From Candidatus Thorarchaeota archaeon (lineage in GTDB: Archaea; Asgardarchaeota; Thorarchaeia; Thorarchaeales; Thorarchaeaceae): a DNA stretch of 64,000 bases. The notes below the pieces were generated by a model. That model was not told the DNA's origin. It saw nothing but the letters and a program-made list of their open reading frames with translations, and made no database searches. The position numbers and the translations under genes were made by a program. Below, in pieces: positions 30,696 to 40,120 of the stretch. Each line of letters opens with the position of its first letter. Position 1 is the stretch's first letter. The DNA lies in NCBI GenBank assembly GCA_011364985.1, contig RDOC01000003.1, positions 96,001 through 160,000 of the forward strand. Direction: 5' to 3'.

Positions 30696-31688
30696 CTTCA
30701 GGTTAGCAAAACTCGTAGCGAGTACTGATGAGTAATTGTCCCAATTCGTTATCATTTCCTTCAAGAATCTGTACCCATACGAAACCATCTGTTCTAGGTT
30801 GAAGTCAATTCCAGATAGGATGTAAACGAAAGGGCATCGTCCCAATCTGAACTTCATCCTTTGAGGAAGGGTCGAATCGATTCTTCCAGTGTAGGACCTA
30901 AGCATCGATGACAGGAATGCAGTACCTTTATCCTGAAATAGAAAGTCAGCAGCTGGATCGTACACACGTGTTTCTTCAAAATCAATAATGCCTGTCACCT
31001 CAAGATTAGAGGGATTGATGAGGATATTTGTCGTATCAAAATCACCATGGGCAAGGCAGGGAAGATAGTGGAAATTCTCGTCATCATCGAGAAAATCATG
31101 AAAGAGAGTATCGGTCCACTCTTCCTGAAACTCGGAGAGATTGGGATAGACTTCCTTCTGAATTCTCTTGAAGAATTGTCGATGTTTATTGCGGTCTATG
31201 TTCGGAGTAAAAGATGACACAAGTTGACTTTCTGCCAGCCCATTAAAGTCCAATCTATGAAGCTCCCCCAAGAAACGGCCTAAGGTTTCACTTATGTGTC
31301 GCCTCTTTTCAACTGGAGCACTATCGTAGAAATAGTATAGTGAAGCCCCCAGTATCTTTCGATAACCCATGTGTGGGTGTTCAGAACTAGAATCCATAAA
31401 TTCCGGATTGGGGATTTGAAATGAGAGGCGAGATTTCAATTCTCTCAGTACGAGGGTCTCTCTATGAATCAACTGTCTGCGTTCTTCAATGGGCAGGATT
31501 GTGCTTGGAAAACGGAAGATGTATTCCTGCCTAACGTCATAGACATTGTGTGTTCCATGGTAGAGAAAGTGCACATCAGACTCCTTGATACTAGGAATGT
31601 GCTCCTTTATCGTTGAAAATACGACATGGAAACCAATGTCAGGCGGATTATTTTCCTCGAACATCATGTCTAGAGGAGTTGCATTCAA
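30690..31688 (-). CDS. Aminoglycoside phosphotransferase (APH)/kinase-like protein
   Basis: YIFRFP, LG.FL.ELH, HGDF...NIL, GIIDFEE....DPA.D. Confidence 0.85.
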   Translation of the reverse strand: MNATPLDMMFEENNPPDIGFHVVFSTIKEHIPSIKESDVHFLYHGTHNVYDVRQEYIFRFPSTILPIEERRQLIHRETLVLRELKSRLSFQIPNPEFMDSSSEHPHMGYRKILGASLYYFYDSAPVEKRRHISETLGRFLGELHRLDFNGLAESQLVSSFTPNIDRNKHRQFFKRIQKEVYPNLSEFQEEWTDTLFHDFLDDDENFHYLPCLAHGDFDTTNILINPSNLEVTGIIDFEETRVYDPAADFLFQDKGTAFLSSMLRSYTGRIDSTLPQRMKFRLGRCPFVYILSGIDFNLEQMVSYGYRFLKEMITNWDNYSSVLATSFANLKL

Positions 31689-31723
31689 TGTAAAGTTGTT
31701 GAATCCCCTTATACAAAAAGGCT

Positions 31724-32263
31724 CTATGAGCCATAGCCAAGTCTTCTCTTCAAATCAGGATCAATCTTGTCGAATTGAATCTTGCAGGGGGTGGGCATCT
31801 TCGGTGCTGCCTTCTCAAGGGCACGCATTGCAGTCTTAAGATGCTGCTCAGTCGTGCGTATTGTGATGAGAGCCTGATTTGGCCTCACGCGCGCCGCTAC
31901 ACCAACGACCTTACCAAAGGCCTTTCGCATCCCGTCTTGGACACGGTCAGCTCCTGCTCCTGAGATCATCTTGTTCTCTCGCAGGTAATGATACGGTTTC
32001 ACGCGCATTCGCAGATGGTAGTTTCTCCTCCCTGCATACTTTGTCATGTGTCGGTTTGACGCAACACGCGCAGCCTCAAGAGCCTGATGTCTGATTTGAC
32101 ATCTTTCAAGACCGTATAGGGATACCTCAACTGGGAAGTCACCACCAGTCTCGCCCATGTCAAAGCTGACTATTCGGCTGGCTGGCTGGCGATGTATGAA
32201 CCGCTTACGGACGAATGGCTGCCGATCCGCCTCTCGATAACAGTGACCTGGACGCTTTCCCAT
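31724..32263 (-). CDS. rpl10e: 50S ribosomal protein L10e/uL16
   Basis: RPGHCYR, QIRHQALEAARV, LRENKM..GAGADR.QDGMR.AFGK. Confidence 0.97.
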   Translation of the reverse strand: MGKRPGHCYREADRQPFVRKRFIHRQPASRIVSFDMGETGGDFPVEVSLYGLERCQIRHQALEAARVASNRHMTKYAGRRNYHLRMRVKPYHYLRENKMISGAGADRVQDGMRKAFGKVVGVAARVRPNQALITIRTTEQHLKTAMRALEKAAPKMPTPCKIQFDKIDPDLKRRLGYGS

Positions 32264-32444
32264 TTTCTTCACCTAGACAAGATTTATAGTCTTGAGTAAC
32301 TAGACTCATCGCTTCGCCTTGTAGAACCAATAAAAGGATTATGGCATGGGAACGTTCTCTTTGGAGAGGAACCTTGCCGGAAATTGGAGAATACAGCTCA
32401 GATTTTCGGTGAGTCCGCATTTGCTCGAGTCTACAATAGTATAG

Positions 32445-33575
32445 TTACGTATTCCTGTCCCGATATAATCGCATTCGTGTGAGCAGGTCGTTCCATTCAG
32501 GTCTGCTATGCAATTGAATGAAGTCCAGGCACACACGAGTTTCAGCAGCATTTGTCCAACCATTATCAACAGCAAGTAGAAGAAGTTCCATGGCTCGGTC
32601 AAGTTCTCCCAGTATGGCATTGGACCGAGCGCACATGAAGTAAAACCAAGGATCAACCTCGCCCATTGCGAATGAAGTTTCGAAGGACTTGATTGCTGCG
32701 TCATGTGTCCCTTGGAGAAATTGGCGCACACCTCCTTCCGCAACATGCATGGCTGCATTTACCATGCATGCATATTGTTCATACTCACGTTCACGTTCAA
32801 ACCCGACACGTTCAGCTGTTCGTTGAGAGCCAAGATTGTAGTCATGGGTATGCCACCCCACGGTACTATAGCCATGCGAGAGAGCATACTCAGCATTGGC
32901 TGCAGCAGTGACCGTAGCAAATCCTCTCTTACGGTACTCTGGAAGGGTCTGTATTCCAATCTCGCATTCATCTCCATGGCAACAGTCACAGAGGCTGTAT
33001 GACACAATCCGGTTTCTGTGGATGATGCAGGTACCAAATCCGTGTTTCGAGAAGTTCTCCAGTGACCCCCAGTTTGACGTTATCCAGTGGGGGTATAGAT
33101 GATGTGGACAGGAGATGTTCTTGTTCTCAAGGAGGGCTCTGTCAATCCTGTGGACAGTGTATCCTGTGGGGAGCATTTCCCTCCAGTCAATCTTGACTTC
33201 CGTACAGAGATAATGAATTCTGTTGTCCTGAAGTGGTGGTCGTAAGGGAATTATCTCAGGAAAGTGAAACTTCCACTCCTCAGAGTCTATGTCAAAATAG
33301 AGGCACGCTGTGAGCTCGCCCTTCTCGGACTCCTCGTGGATGTATCTCTCAGACCACTCCTTCAACCAGCTCTTGAACCCATGATTCGATGAGTTTCCTG
33401 CGAGAAAGAAACCCTCAGAGTTGAACATCCAACCACAAGTGGGGTTTCCAATATCATCCACAAATACATACCCAGAATTTGTCACATCCAGCATTGAGTC
33501 AACACTTAGCTGATAATGAAGCGGTCTGAATAGCTCCCTCACGTTCTCATACTGTCGTGGATCTAACCTGATTAT
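32445..33575 (-). CDS. GNAT acetyltransferase with C-terminal TPR-like domain
   Basis: CEIGI.T.PEYRKRGFA, W.T...N.GS.R.AE.VGF; C-terminal ...AR..A..GE.D.A..LL..A; start uncertain (ATA 33575 or GTG 33542). Confidence 0.8.
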   Translation of the reverse strand: MIRLDPRQYENVRELFRPLHYQLSVDSMLDVTNSGYVFVDDIGNPTCGWMFNSEGFFLAGNSSNHGFKSWLKEWSERYIHEESEKGELTACLYFDIDSEEWKFHFPEIIPLRPPLQDNRIHYLCTEVKIDWREMLPTGYTVHRIDRALLENKNISCPHHLYPHWITSNWGSLENFSKHGFGTCIIHRNRIVSYSLCDCCHGDECEIGIQTLPEYRKRGFATVTAAANAEYALSHGYSTVGWHTHDYNLGSQRTAERVGFEREREYEQYACMVNAAMHVAEGGVRQFLQGTHDAAIKSFETSFAMGEVDPWFYFMCARSNAILGELDRAMELLLLAVDNGWTNAAETRVCLDFIQLHSRPEWNDLLTRMRLYRDRNT

Positions 33576-33695
33576 CTATATCACCTTCGTGAGATGAAGG
33601 GGATTAGGCACCGAGTCTAACGCCCATGCCTCGTATTCAGAGTACAGAAACTTAGTCAGTTCCTTGCTATGTGGGATTGGATACTTGTCAGTCAT
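33576..33695 (-). CDS. 39-aa ORF in frame with, and abutting, the GNAT gene
   Basis: GGAGGG then ATG 33695; MTDKYPIPHSKELTKFLYSEYEAWALDSVPNPLHLTKVI-TAG. Confidence 0.35.
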   Translation of the reverse strand: MTDKYPIPHSKELTKFLYSEYEAWALDSVPNPLHLTKVI

Positions 33696-33807
33696 CTTAA
33701 GACCCTCCAAGTGGAACTTAACATTTGTTAAGCAAAGAGAGAGATAAATCTTCGTTATAATGCGAAGAAGTAACTTGCCTCAAATTCCTATTGAAGCGAG
33801 CTCTTGG

Positions 33808-35478
33808 CTATCGCTCTGGTCGAGCTAGAGCTTTGATGCCAATCCACACCATCAGAAGCCCCACAAAGGCAAGGGGTAAAACAGTCAGTACTATGATACC
33901 ACCGATCAAGCCGAGAGCACTTGCTAGGAACACATCCCCAAGATAGAAGATCCCTGCGAAAAGGGAAGCAAACGTTGTGCCAAAGACGATAATTGCGATT
34001 ATGAAAGCATTTACTGCGAAAGTCCGTGACCGAGTGTTCTCGTAGCTTGGATTGACTGACATCACTCCAACTGAAACCATCACTGTGCAGCAGATGAGAG
34101 AATAGCTATAAAGAAACAATGCAAGGATATAGAGAGGGTCAATTCCGAGAATCAAGACAACTATGATAGAAGGCACAAGCGCCATTGGAAGCCCTGAGAG
34201 GTAATAGCTGACAAGTCGCCCAATTATGAACTTCTTTGACCCAAGGGGAGCGTTTCTTATGACCCAGATGTGGTCCTTGCTCTCAATGAAACCTGTCCCG
34301 CCAAAGGTCATTGCAGCAATGATCATGAGCATATAGGACATCATGAACATTGGCATGAATACCTGAAAGAGTGGATCCGTATCGGGGTAGTCTGAGGTGC
34401 TTATGTTCATGATAGGCGGCATGAGAACAGCCATCATGACACCATAGGCAAGTCTTGAGAGATTCTCTGCCTTCCTAAAGAAGTCCTTTAGACTAGTAAC
34501 AACTAGAATTCCAAAGGGCCCAGGACTGACTCTTCGAATCCCTCTGAAGGCTATGTTCTCCTTGACTACTGTTGTAACAACTTCTGTTCGTGCTCCCAAT
34601 TGAAAGGTGAACACTGTATCTGCAGCTCTGAAAGCGAAAATTACCGTAACCAGTGTGAACAGCAGAAGTAATAGAGTATCGGTCAAAATATCAAAACCGA
34701 GGATTGGAACGAAAAGGTCTATCATCTCAGGGGTCACATTAGGACTAAACAGAATTGCACCCCATGATGTCATATCTGCACCCCATGTGAAGGGGAATAC
34801 GAGAAGGATGTTCATGCCTAATATCTCTGACATAGGACCTGCAAAAAGCATCAATGCATACAGGGGCAGCCCTGCGACAAGTCCGATAATCATTGATAGC
34901 GCTTTTGCTAGATCTGCTCCACGCTGGGACTCACCAATCTTCGCTTGAACTGCCAATGCTATGAGGTTGGACATCCACAGGGTTGACAGCACAACCAAAA
35001 GCACTGAGCCTAACATTATCAATTGCCCAAGAATGGTCACACTGTAAGCCAAGATGAATGGCGATAGAAGGATGGGTGCAAGGAACAGTACCATCAATCC
35101 ATAACTAGGAATCTTACCCACAAAAGTCCCAGTAAGCAATGATTTTGTGGATACATTACAACTGAGGATTATCTCCCATTGGCCAATCCGTATTTCCTGA
35201 AGGGCATAGAGAATGGGATAGATGAAGATTAGCATCCACAAGATCAGCATTACCGTCCGCATAAGTCCTGGAAGACTGACCATTAGCAGGGAGTATATCA
35301 ACGGATTCTGTCCAATAATAAGGCGCCATACCTCAGGAATCAGATAGAAACTCCAAAAGAAACCAAATACTGCAATTACGGAGAATACCAGAACTCTCCT
35401 GCTTCTAGCCTTCGAACTCCAAACAAGGAATTCAGCCTTTGCTATAGCGAACCAATGATGTGCCACGCGTCTATCCAC
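33808..35478 (-). CDS. Double ABC-2-type permease-like membrane protein (no ATPase gene adjacent)
   Basis: About 12 TMs; two halves starting IAKAEF / VTSLKDFFR; ILSCNV / IRNAP.....I.G signatures. Confidence 0.65.
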   Translation of the reverse strand: MDRRVAHHWFAIAKAEFLVWSSKARSRRVLVFSVIAVFGFFWSFYLIPEVWRLIIGQNPLIYSLLMVSLPGLMRTVMLILWMLIFIYPILYALQEIRIGQWEIILSCNVSTKSLLTGTFVGKIPSYGLMVLFLAPILLSPFILAYSVTILGQLIMLGSVLLVVLSTLWMSNLIALAVQAKIGESQRGADLAKALSMIIGLVAGLPLYALMLFAGPMSEILGMNILLVFPFTWGADMTSWGAILFSPNVTPEMIDLFVPILGFDILTDTLLLLLFTLVTVIFAFRAADTVFTFQLGARTEVVTTVVKENIAFRGIRRVSPGPFGILVVTSLKDFFRKAENLSRLAYGVMMAVLMPPIMNISTSDYPDTDPLFQVFMPMFMMSYMLMIIAAMTFGGTGFIESKDHIWVIRNAPLGSKKFIIGRLVSYYLSGLPMALVPSIIVVLILGIDPLYILALFLYSYSLICCTVMVSVGVMSVNPSYENTRSRTFAVNAFIIAIIVFGTTFASLFAGIFYLGDVFLASALGLIGGIIVLTVLPLAFVGLLMVWIGIKALARPER

Positions 35479-35654
35479 TTCTCGCGAGTTATTCTACAAC
35501 TACTCTCTCAATGTCGTTCAATACTTATCTATGCTTCTTCCCGAGGAAACCAAGAACTTAAGAGAAAGCAATTCAATTCTGGCTTCGGTCCTATTATGCC
35601 CGAGAGGGGAATTCCCTTCGATTGACTCTCTAACATCAGGAGGGAAGTAAGCTC

Positions 35655-36050
35655 ATGGAATCGATACATGATGAAATCATTCATAGATCAAGAAAATGGG
35701 GTTCACTGATAGACCTGTGTATCTTCATACTCTTTAGCCAGCCAAAATTTACAATCATGGTTTACCCGCCGCCCCCTCCAGTGTATGTCCCCCCTCAACT
35801 GCTTGTCATCTATATGTCGATTTGCTTGGGCCTTCTGTTCTTTCTTTTGTGGGCCTTCAGTCTTTCGGCATCAACAGAGTCATTCCTCGTGAGAACGGCA
35901 CTGCTGTATATTATTGCAGGACTTCCCATGGCAATTGGATACTTTGTGGACGAACCTGCTCTATCCTCGTTACTAGGAACTGTGTACTTGTTCGCAGGGT
36001 ACCTGATCACCGTGATAGCTAGTCCCGTTCTTATCGTTGACGAGTCCTAG
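35655..36050 (+). CDS. Small hypothetical membrane protein
   Basis: Three hydrophobic helices after a Pro-rich segment; true start may be ATG 35757. Confidence 0.5.
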   Translation: MESIHDEIIHRSRKWGSLIDLCIFILFSQPKFTIMVYPPPPPVYVPPQLLVIYMSICLGLLFFLLWAFSLSASTESFLVRTALLYIIAGLPMAIGYFVDEPALSSLLGTVYLFAGYLITVIASPVLIVDES

Positions 36051-36095
36051 ACCGGACCTTCATTTTCACACCAGACTACCACAAGAATAATGCAA

Positions 36096-36569
36096 CTACG
36101 TTCATTTCATTGACCCAAGATTCCACTCTCTCAGAGTTCAAGCAAGTTCCTTGATGTGATGAGCAGTGTGGTATAACAAGTATAGCAGTTTGTTATGGAC
36201 TGAAGTGAACCAGTAGAATCTATTTTGGGAACGCAGCTCGTCTTCTGTAAGCCCTCCCAATATATCATCAAGATGAGGCTGAATCTTTTACAGAAATGAA
36301 CTCACAAGCATCTTTGTGACTATGGGAAGAATTTCTGTCTTAATATCGATACTATTCATGCCATTCGTACCCAGCATGAGCATCCCATTTCATCTCACCT
36401 AGTTACTACACATGTAGAATTGAGCTGTTTCTATGATATGATAGCTTATGTAGGAGTAATGCCATTTCTTTTCATGTACTAGGTCAATTGCCATTCTCAA
36501 CATGTTCCAACCGGCAGTAAATTGATTTGCAATAGATGCCTTGGCCACATCAAGCAAGTTGACAGTCAT
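36096..36569 (-). pseudogene. DinB/YfiT-superfamily pseudogene
   Basis: Own translation: ...NQF.AGWNMLR.AI...YHIIETA.FY... and LLYLLYHTAHHIKELA*TLREW; several stops and frameshifts. Confidence 0.75.
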
Positions 36570-36666
36570 GAATTCCAATCATCTCCAGACTCTCTTTTCA
36601 ATGCCAACTATACCTACCTCTATGTGAAGTAGTCTGCTTATTGTGTGCCTGTTAGTCTTGGGTCCC

Positions 36667-37587
36667 TCATTCCGTTAAGGCTGCAATGACTAGCAAGGGA
36701 AATAGAATAGTGGCATCGCCAATTACGGTTTCAAAATTCGCATCCGCTTGAACCTTTTGCCATGAAACTCCTTCGACAAGCGGAGCTCCGCCAAGACTCC
36801 CACCTTCAGGACGGTCCAAGGTTATTTGGATTGCTAGGTCTAAGCCACCCCTTAAGATTGTGGATCCCATCGTGAAATGCTTAGTCAAGCCCCCGCCCAA
36901 GATGATTGCTCCCGTTCTCTCTGTTTTGGTGATGATGCTACCAAGGATACGTAGATCTTTCACAAAATCCAGGGAGAACTCCTTTGTAGTGCTATAAGTG
37001 AACATATGAAAACCAAGCATGGAGTCCATCAGACCAGGAGAGAAGATTGGAACTCCAGTTCTGGCTGCTTGGTAGATAATCGAGTGCTTATCGTCAATTG
37101 TGTTGCCAAGCTCTGCGATGAATTCGCTTGGTGAGAGCCCAGACCTCTTCTCCTTCGGCATGGAATCTAAGAACTCGTAGATTCTCTGCTCGAACACCTC
37201 AAAGTCCTTCTCAGACACCACAATATCAGCAATACGGCCCATCCCTGCCTCGCGCAGTTTGTAATCATCATCTTCTGGTGAAACCCTGTAATGACCTCCA
37301 CCATAGGCTTCAACAAGGTCATGCACAATATTGGCACCGCTGGTGACTATCGTATCAATATGGCCGTGCTCTACAAGATGACTAATCACATGACGAAGCC
37401 CTCCGGGGACCATGGGCCCCGACAGAGAGAGAAATTTGAAGCAACCATCATCCTTGAACATTCTCTCCATGATGGATTTCGCCCTTCCAAAACGCCCTGC
37501 TCCAAGGACTCCAACATCATGCATGGATTCGATGATGACCTTAATGTTACCTGACTGTGTGGGGTCGATATGCTGAACGCGCTGCAT
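36667..37587 (-). CDS. dys: Deoxyhypusine synthase
   Basis: SGPMVPGGLR, SGANIVHDL.EA, ILGGG..KH, GSLGGA...EGVSW.K, GDATI.FP. Confidence 0.93.
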   Translation of the reverse strand: MQRVQHIDPTQSGNIKVIIESMHDVGVLGAGRFGRAKSIMERMFKDDGCFKFLSLSGPMVPGGLRHVISHLVEHGHIDTIVTSGANIVHDLVEAYGGGHYRVSPEDDDYKLREAGMGRIADIVVSEKDFEVFEQRIYEFLDSMPKEKRSGLSPSEFIAELGNTIDDKHSIIYQAARTGVPIFSPGLMDSMLGFHMFTYSTTKEFSLDFVKDLRILGSIITKTERTGAIILGGGLTKHFTMGSTILRGGLDLAIQITLDRPEGGSLGGAPLVEGVSWQKVQADANFETVIGDATILFPLLVIAALTE

Positions 37588-37644
37588 AATAAGTCACTGA
37601 GAAAGCTGGTTTGTGAATTGGAGATAAGTCATTCGCAGGAAAAA

Positions 37645-37763
37645 TGGTGACACGGGTCTAGGCTATCCCGGGAGGGCAAGCCGTTCATTGCAAAGCGGAC
37701 AATTCTGGACATGAAACCCTCTGTCCTTCTAGGAACGGCACTGGAACCCAGACCCGTGAATCC
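37645..37763 (-). ncRNA. Putative structured ncRNA (~120 nt), family unrecognised
   Basis: 12-bp terminal stem CACGGGUCUGGG/CCUAGACCCGUG (G.U on minus strand, A.C on plus), inner GCCGUUC/GAACGGC and GGACA/UGUCC stems; ends UCACCA then T5. Confidence 0.6.
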
Positions 37764-37923
37764 AAAAGTGAATCAAGTAATAGAGAAGAGTGATGCGAGT
37801 TCACCTTTTCTAGAACCCGCAGTCTGTTTTCTTGAACAAGGCACTCGTGGAGAGAAGGGTGAAACTAATTAAGGAGTAGCCTTGTTCAATATCTTTAAAC
37901 ACGTAGGGGAGTGAACACAACTT

Positions 37924-38571
37924 ATGCAGGCCATTATTGAAATAGTCAGAGAGATGTTCGTGTACTTGATTCTCCTTGATGCTCTCTTCTTGCAAGGGGT
38001 ATGGATATATCTAGGGCGTAAGGGAGAAGAAGCCTATATTGATGATTTGATTAATTTCCGATCTCCAGACTCATCACTCTCACGTTTCTATGAATGGCGT
38101 GTATCAAACATTGCAAATGCAATCGCGGAGAGCATATTGTTCGTTGTTGTCCTGATTCTGACAATTATCGGACTGGCAGCACTTGCTGGAGATATTATGA
38201 TTCTTGAGCCTCTTGTGCCAGTTCTCATCTTCGTTGTATTCATGTCGTTGATTAGCGTTATACAAATGGTACGACGCATTGCATTCGCAATCGAAAAGGA
38301 GAAAGAAGTGTCAAAGCGTCTCAAAGCTGCGGAATTCAAGATCGAGACCGCTCAGAGCATTGTTGACGACCTTTCAAACCAAGGGCAGTTTGCGGATGGC
38401 AGGCTGTGGTTTGTATTATTCAGAATATCAAGGCGACAGGACCCAGTGGGATATGCTGTAAAAGATGTTCTGATAGAAAAGGGAAAGAGATTGCTCAGAC
38501 GTATTAAGGCAGAGGACGCGCGTAGAATGGCAGGGGCACCACCCTCCTCAGAGGGCCCAGGAATAGAATAG
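37924..38571 (+). CDS. Hypothetical membrane protein (3 TM plus soluble C-terminus)
   Basis: 215-aa ORF with hydrophobic helices; TTTAAA about 30 nt upstream. Confidence 0.7.
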   Translation: MQAIIEIVREMFVYLILLDALFLQGVWIYLGRKGEEAYIDDLINFRSPDSSLSRFYEWRVSNIANAIAESILFVVVLILTIIGLAALAGDIMILEPLVPVLIFVVFMSLISVIQMVRRIAFAIEKEKEVSKRLKAAEFKIETAQSIVDDLSNQGQFADGRLWFVLFRISRRQDPVGYAVKDVLIEKGKRLLRRIKAEDARRMAGAPPSSEGPGIE

Positions 38572-38684
38572 CATTCATCCGTTCCAGTCAAGTTGCTTTG
38601 CCTTTAAGACCAGATTGGACTCCTTTAGTAAGTCTTATATGAAATCCGAAAGGCGTCAACCAGAACTCTTAGGGAGAATGTCCA

Positions 38685-38969
38685 ATGTCTAAGAACATCA
38701 TCAAGAAGGGTCTCAAAGGCGTAGTGGCCAGTTACCGCAGAGGCAAGCATCTTCAACATCCAAACCAGGTCCTTCTTTTATTCAATGATATCAAGACGAA
38801 AACCGAGGCAGCATCATTGATAGGAAGACAAGTAAGTTGGACTTCTTCCACGGGAAGAGAAGTCCTTGGCAAGGTGCTGAGTGTTCATGGAAACAGTGGA
38901 GTAGTCCGTGCCAAGTTTCGTACTAATCTTCCAGGACAGGCAATAGGTACTCCTGTTGAGATTCTGTAG
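38685..38969 (+). CDS. rpl35ae: 50S ribosomal protein L35Ae/eL33
   Basis: G.V.SYRRG...Q.PNQ, HGNSGVVRAKF..NLPGQAIG. Confidence 0.96.
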   Translation: MSKNIIKKGLKGVVASYRRGKHLQHPNQVLLLFNDIKTKTEAASLIGRQVSWTSSTGREVLGKVLSVHGNSGVVRAKFRTNLPGQAIGTPVEIL

Positions 38970-39204
38970 TATTTCTCTTTTAGATTATCATTCTCGAATC
39001 TCAAATGCACTGATAAGGCCCATAAAGAGCTTGCAAGAATCTGAATCAGAACAAAATGAAAAAAAAAGAGAAAATACTTCCTACCGGCCCCGTTCTAAAA
39101 TTGGCGAGTGTGAATTCGGAAGGAAGAATTGGAGGCAGAATGATTGATGTATCGTTCATTTCGAAAATGTTGAAGATGAGAATGACATTCATGAAGTCAG
39201 AGTC

Positions 39205-39471
39205 TTGAGCACTTCTTCTGAGACCTCCAAGAGTCAGCCAATCGCCCACGAATGGATTGATAATGAAATTCGAAGATCAGTGATGAGTGGATCCATTGAA
39301 AAAGAGAACATGGAAAGACTAGCGGACGCCGTTGTTGATTACCTTGAAAGAAGGTATGATGATTGGGGAATACTAGAATGGGTATTAGTAGAAATGTATA
39401 AGATTGGACACCTTCTTGTTCAACATGTTCCGATGATGACATATGGCTATCACAGGACATTCGTCCAATGA
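39205..39471 (+). CDS. Hypothetical protein or gene remnant
   Basis: 88-aa ORF with plausible composition; frame extends about 19 codons upstream to a TGA without a clear start. Confidence 0.3.
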   Translation: MSTSSETSKSQPIAHEWIDNEIRRSVMSGSIEKENMERLADAVVDYLERRYDDWGILEWVLVEMYKIGHLLVQHVPMMTYGYHRTFVQ

Positions 39472-39574
39472 TGTTTCATAGTTAGTCTGAGGAACACTAT
39501 TGCTTTGAGAATCGAGGATAGAAGAGGAAGCCTCTTCCTAGATTCTTCACGTAAGTGCTAGTGGATGTGATAAT

Positions 39575-40120
39575 GTGCTTGAGTGGATGTTTCTCTTTGC
39601 TGCGTACTTATGTGCAGGCTTCACACTCAAGCTTGGCGATGACCTTCTGGATGAATTGAAAGAACCAAATATGGCAACTATGCCTCTTGGGCTCTCAGGG
39701 CTAATTTTCGGTCTGCTCATGTCCAACTCCGAATGGGACTTGGCTCTACTGACGGCCATAGTAATTGGTGTAATTCTCTCAGGAAAAGTGAACAAGCCTC
39801 AGTTCTTGATAGGATTTATTCTCATTGGTATAGTCCTTGTCTTGAACGGTCTGCCGGCTGTGTCTGATATCATAATCTGGTTCGTAGTTCTACTAGTGCT
39901 TCTATTCACTGCGATTCTTGACGAGATACAGAATGATAGAGCAGACAAGAACAGCGATACCATTCGCTCGAAGTTCTTTCTCTATCGATTCACAATGAAA
40001 TTGTCGGTCTTGATATTGGCAATTCTCATGCCTCAATTCCTTCCTACAGCAATCGGTCTTTGGATGTTTGACACGGGCTATGAAACAGCAAGAGTAATTG
40101 TGCGAAGAACTAGACCATAG
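39575..40120 (+). CDS. Conserved archaeal membrane protein
   Basis: GFTLKLGDD..DE, GVILSGKV, A.LDE..ND, FD.GYE. Confidence 0.75.
   Translation: MLEWMFLFAAYLCAGFTLKLGDDLLDELKEPNMATMPLGLSGLIFGLLMSNSEWDLALLTAIVIGVILSGKVNKPQFLIGFILIGIVLVLNGLPAVSDIIIWFVVLLVLLFTAILDEIQNDRADKNSDTIRSKFFLYRFTMKLSVLILAILMPQFLPTAIGLWMFDTGYETARVIVRRTRP

Noticed and set aside
30690-31688. Bona fide antibiotic resistance gene
   Set aside because: The APH fold is broad and the substrate cannot be inferred from motifs
37645-37763. tRNA, 5S rRNA, SRP RNA or known riboswitch identity for the structured element
   Set aside because: No TTCRA T-loop or cloverleaf, no 5S or SRP helix-8 motifs, no TPP/FMN/B12/fluoride consensus seen
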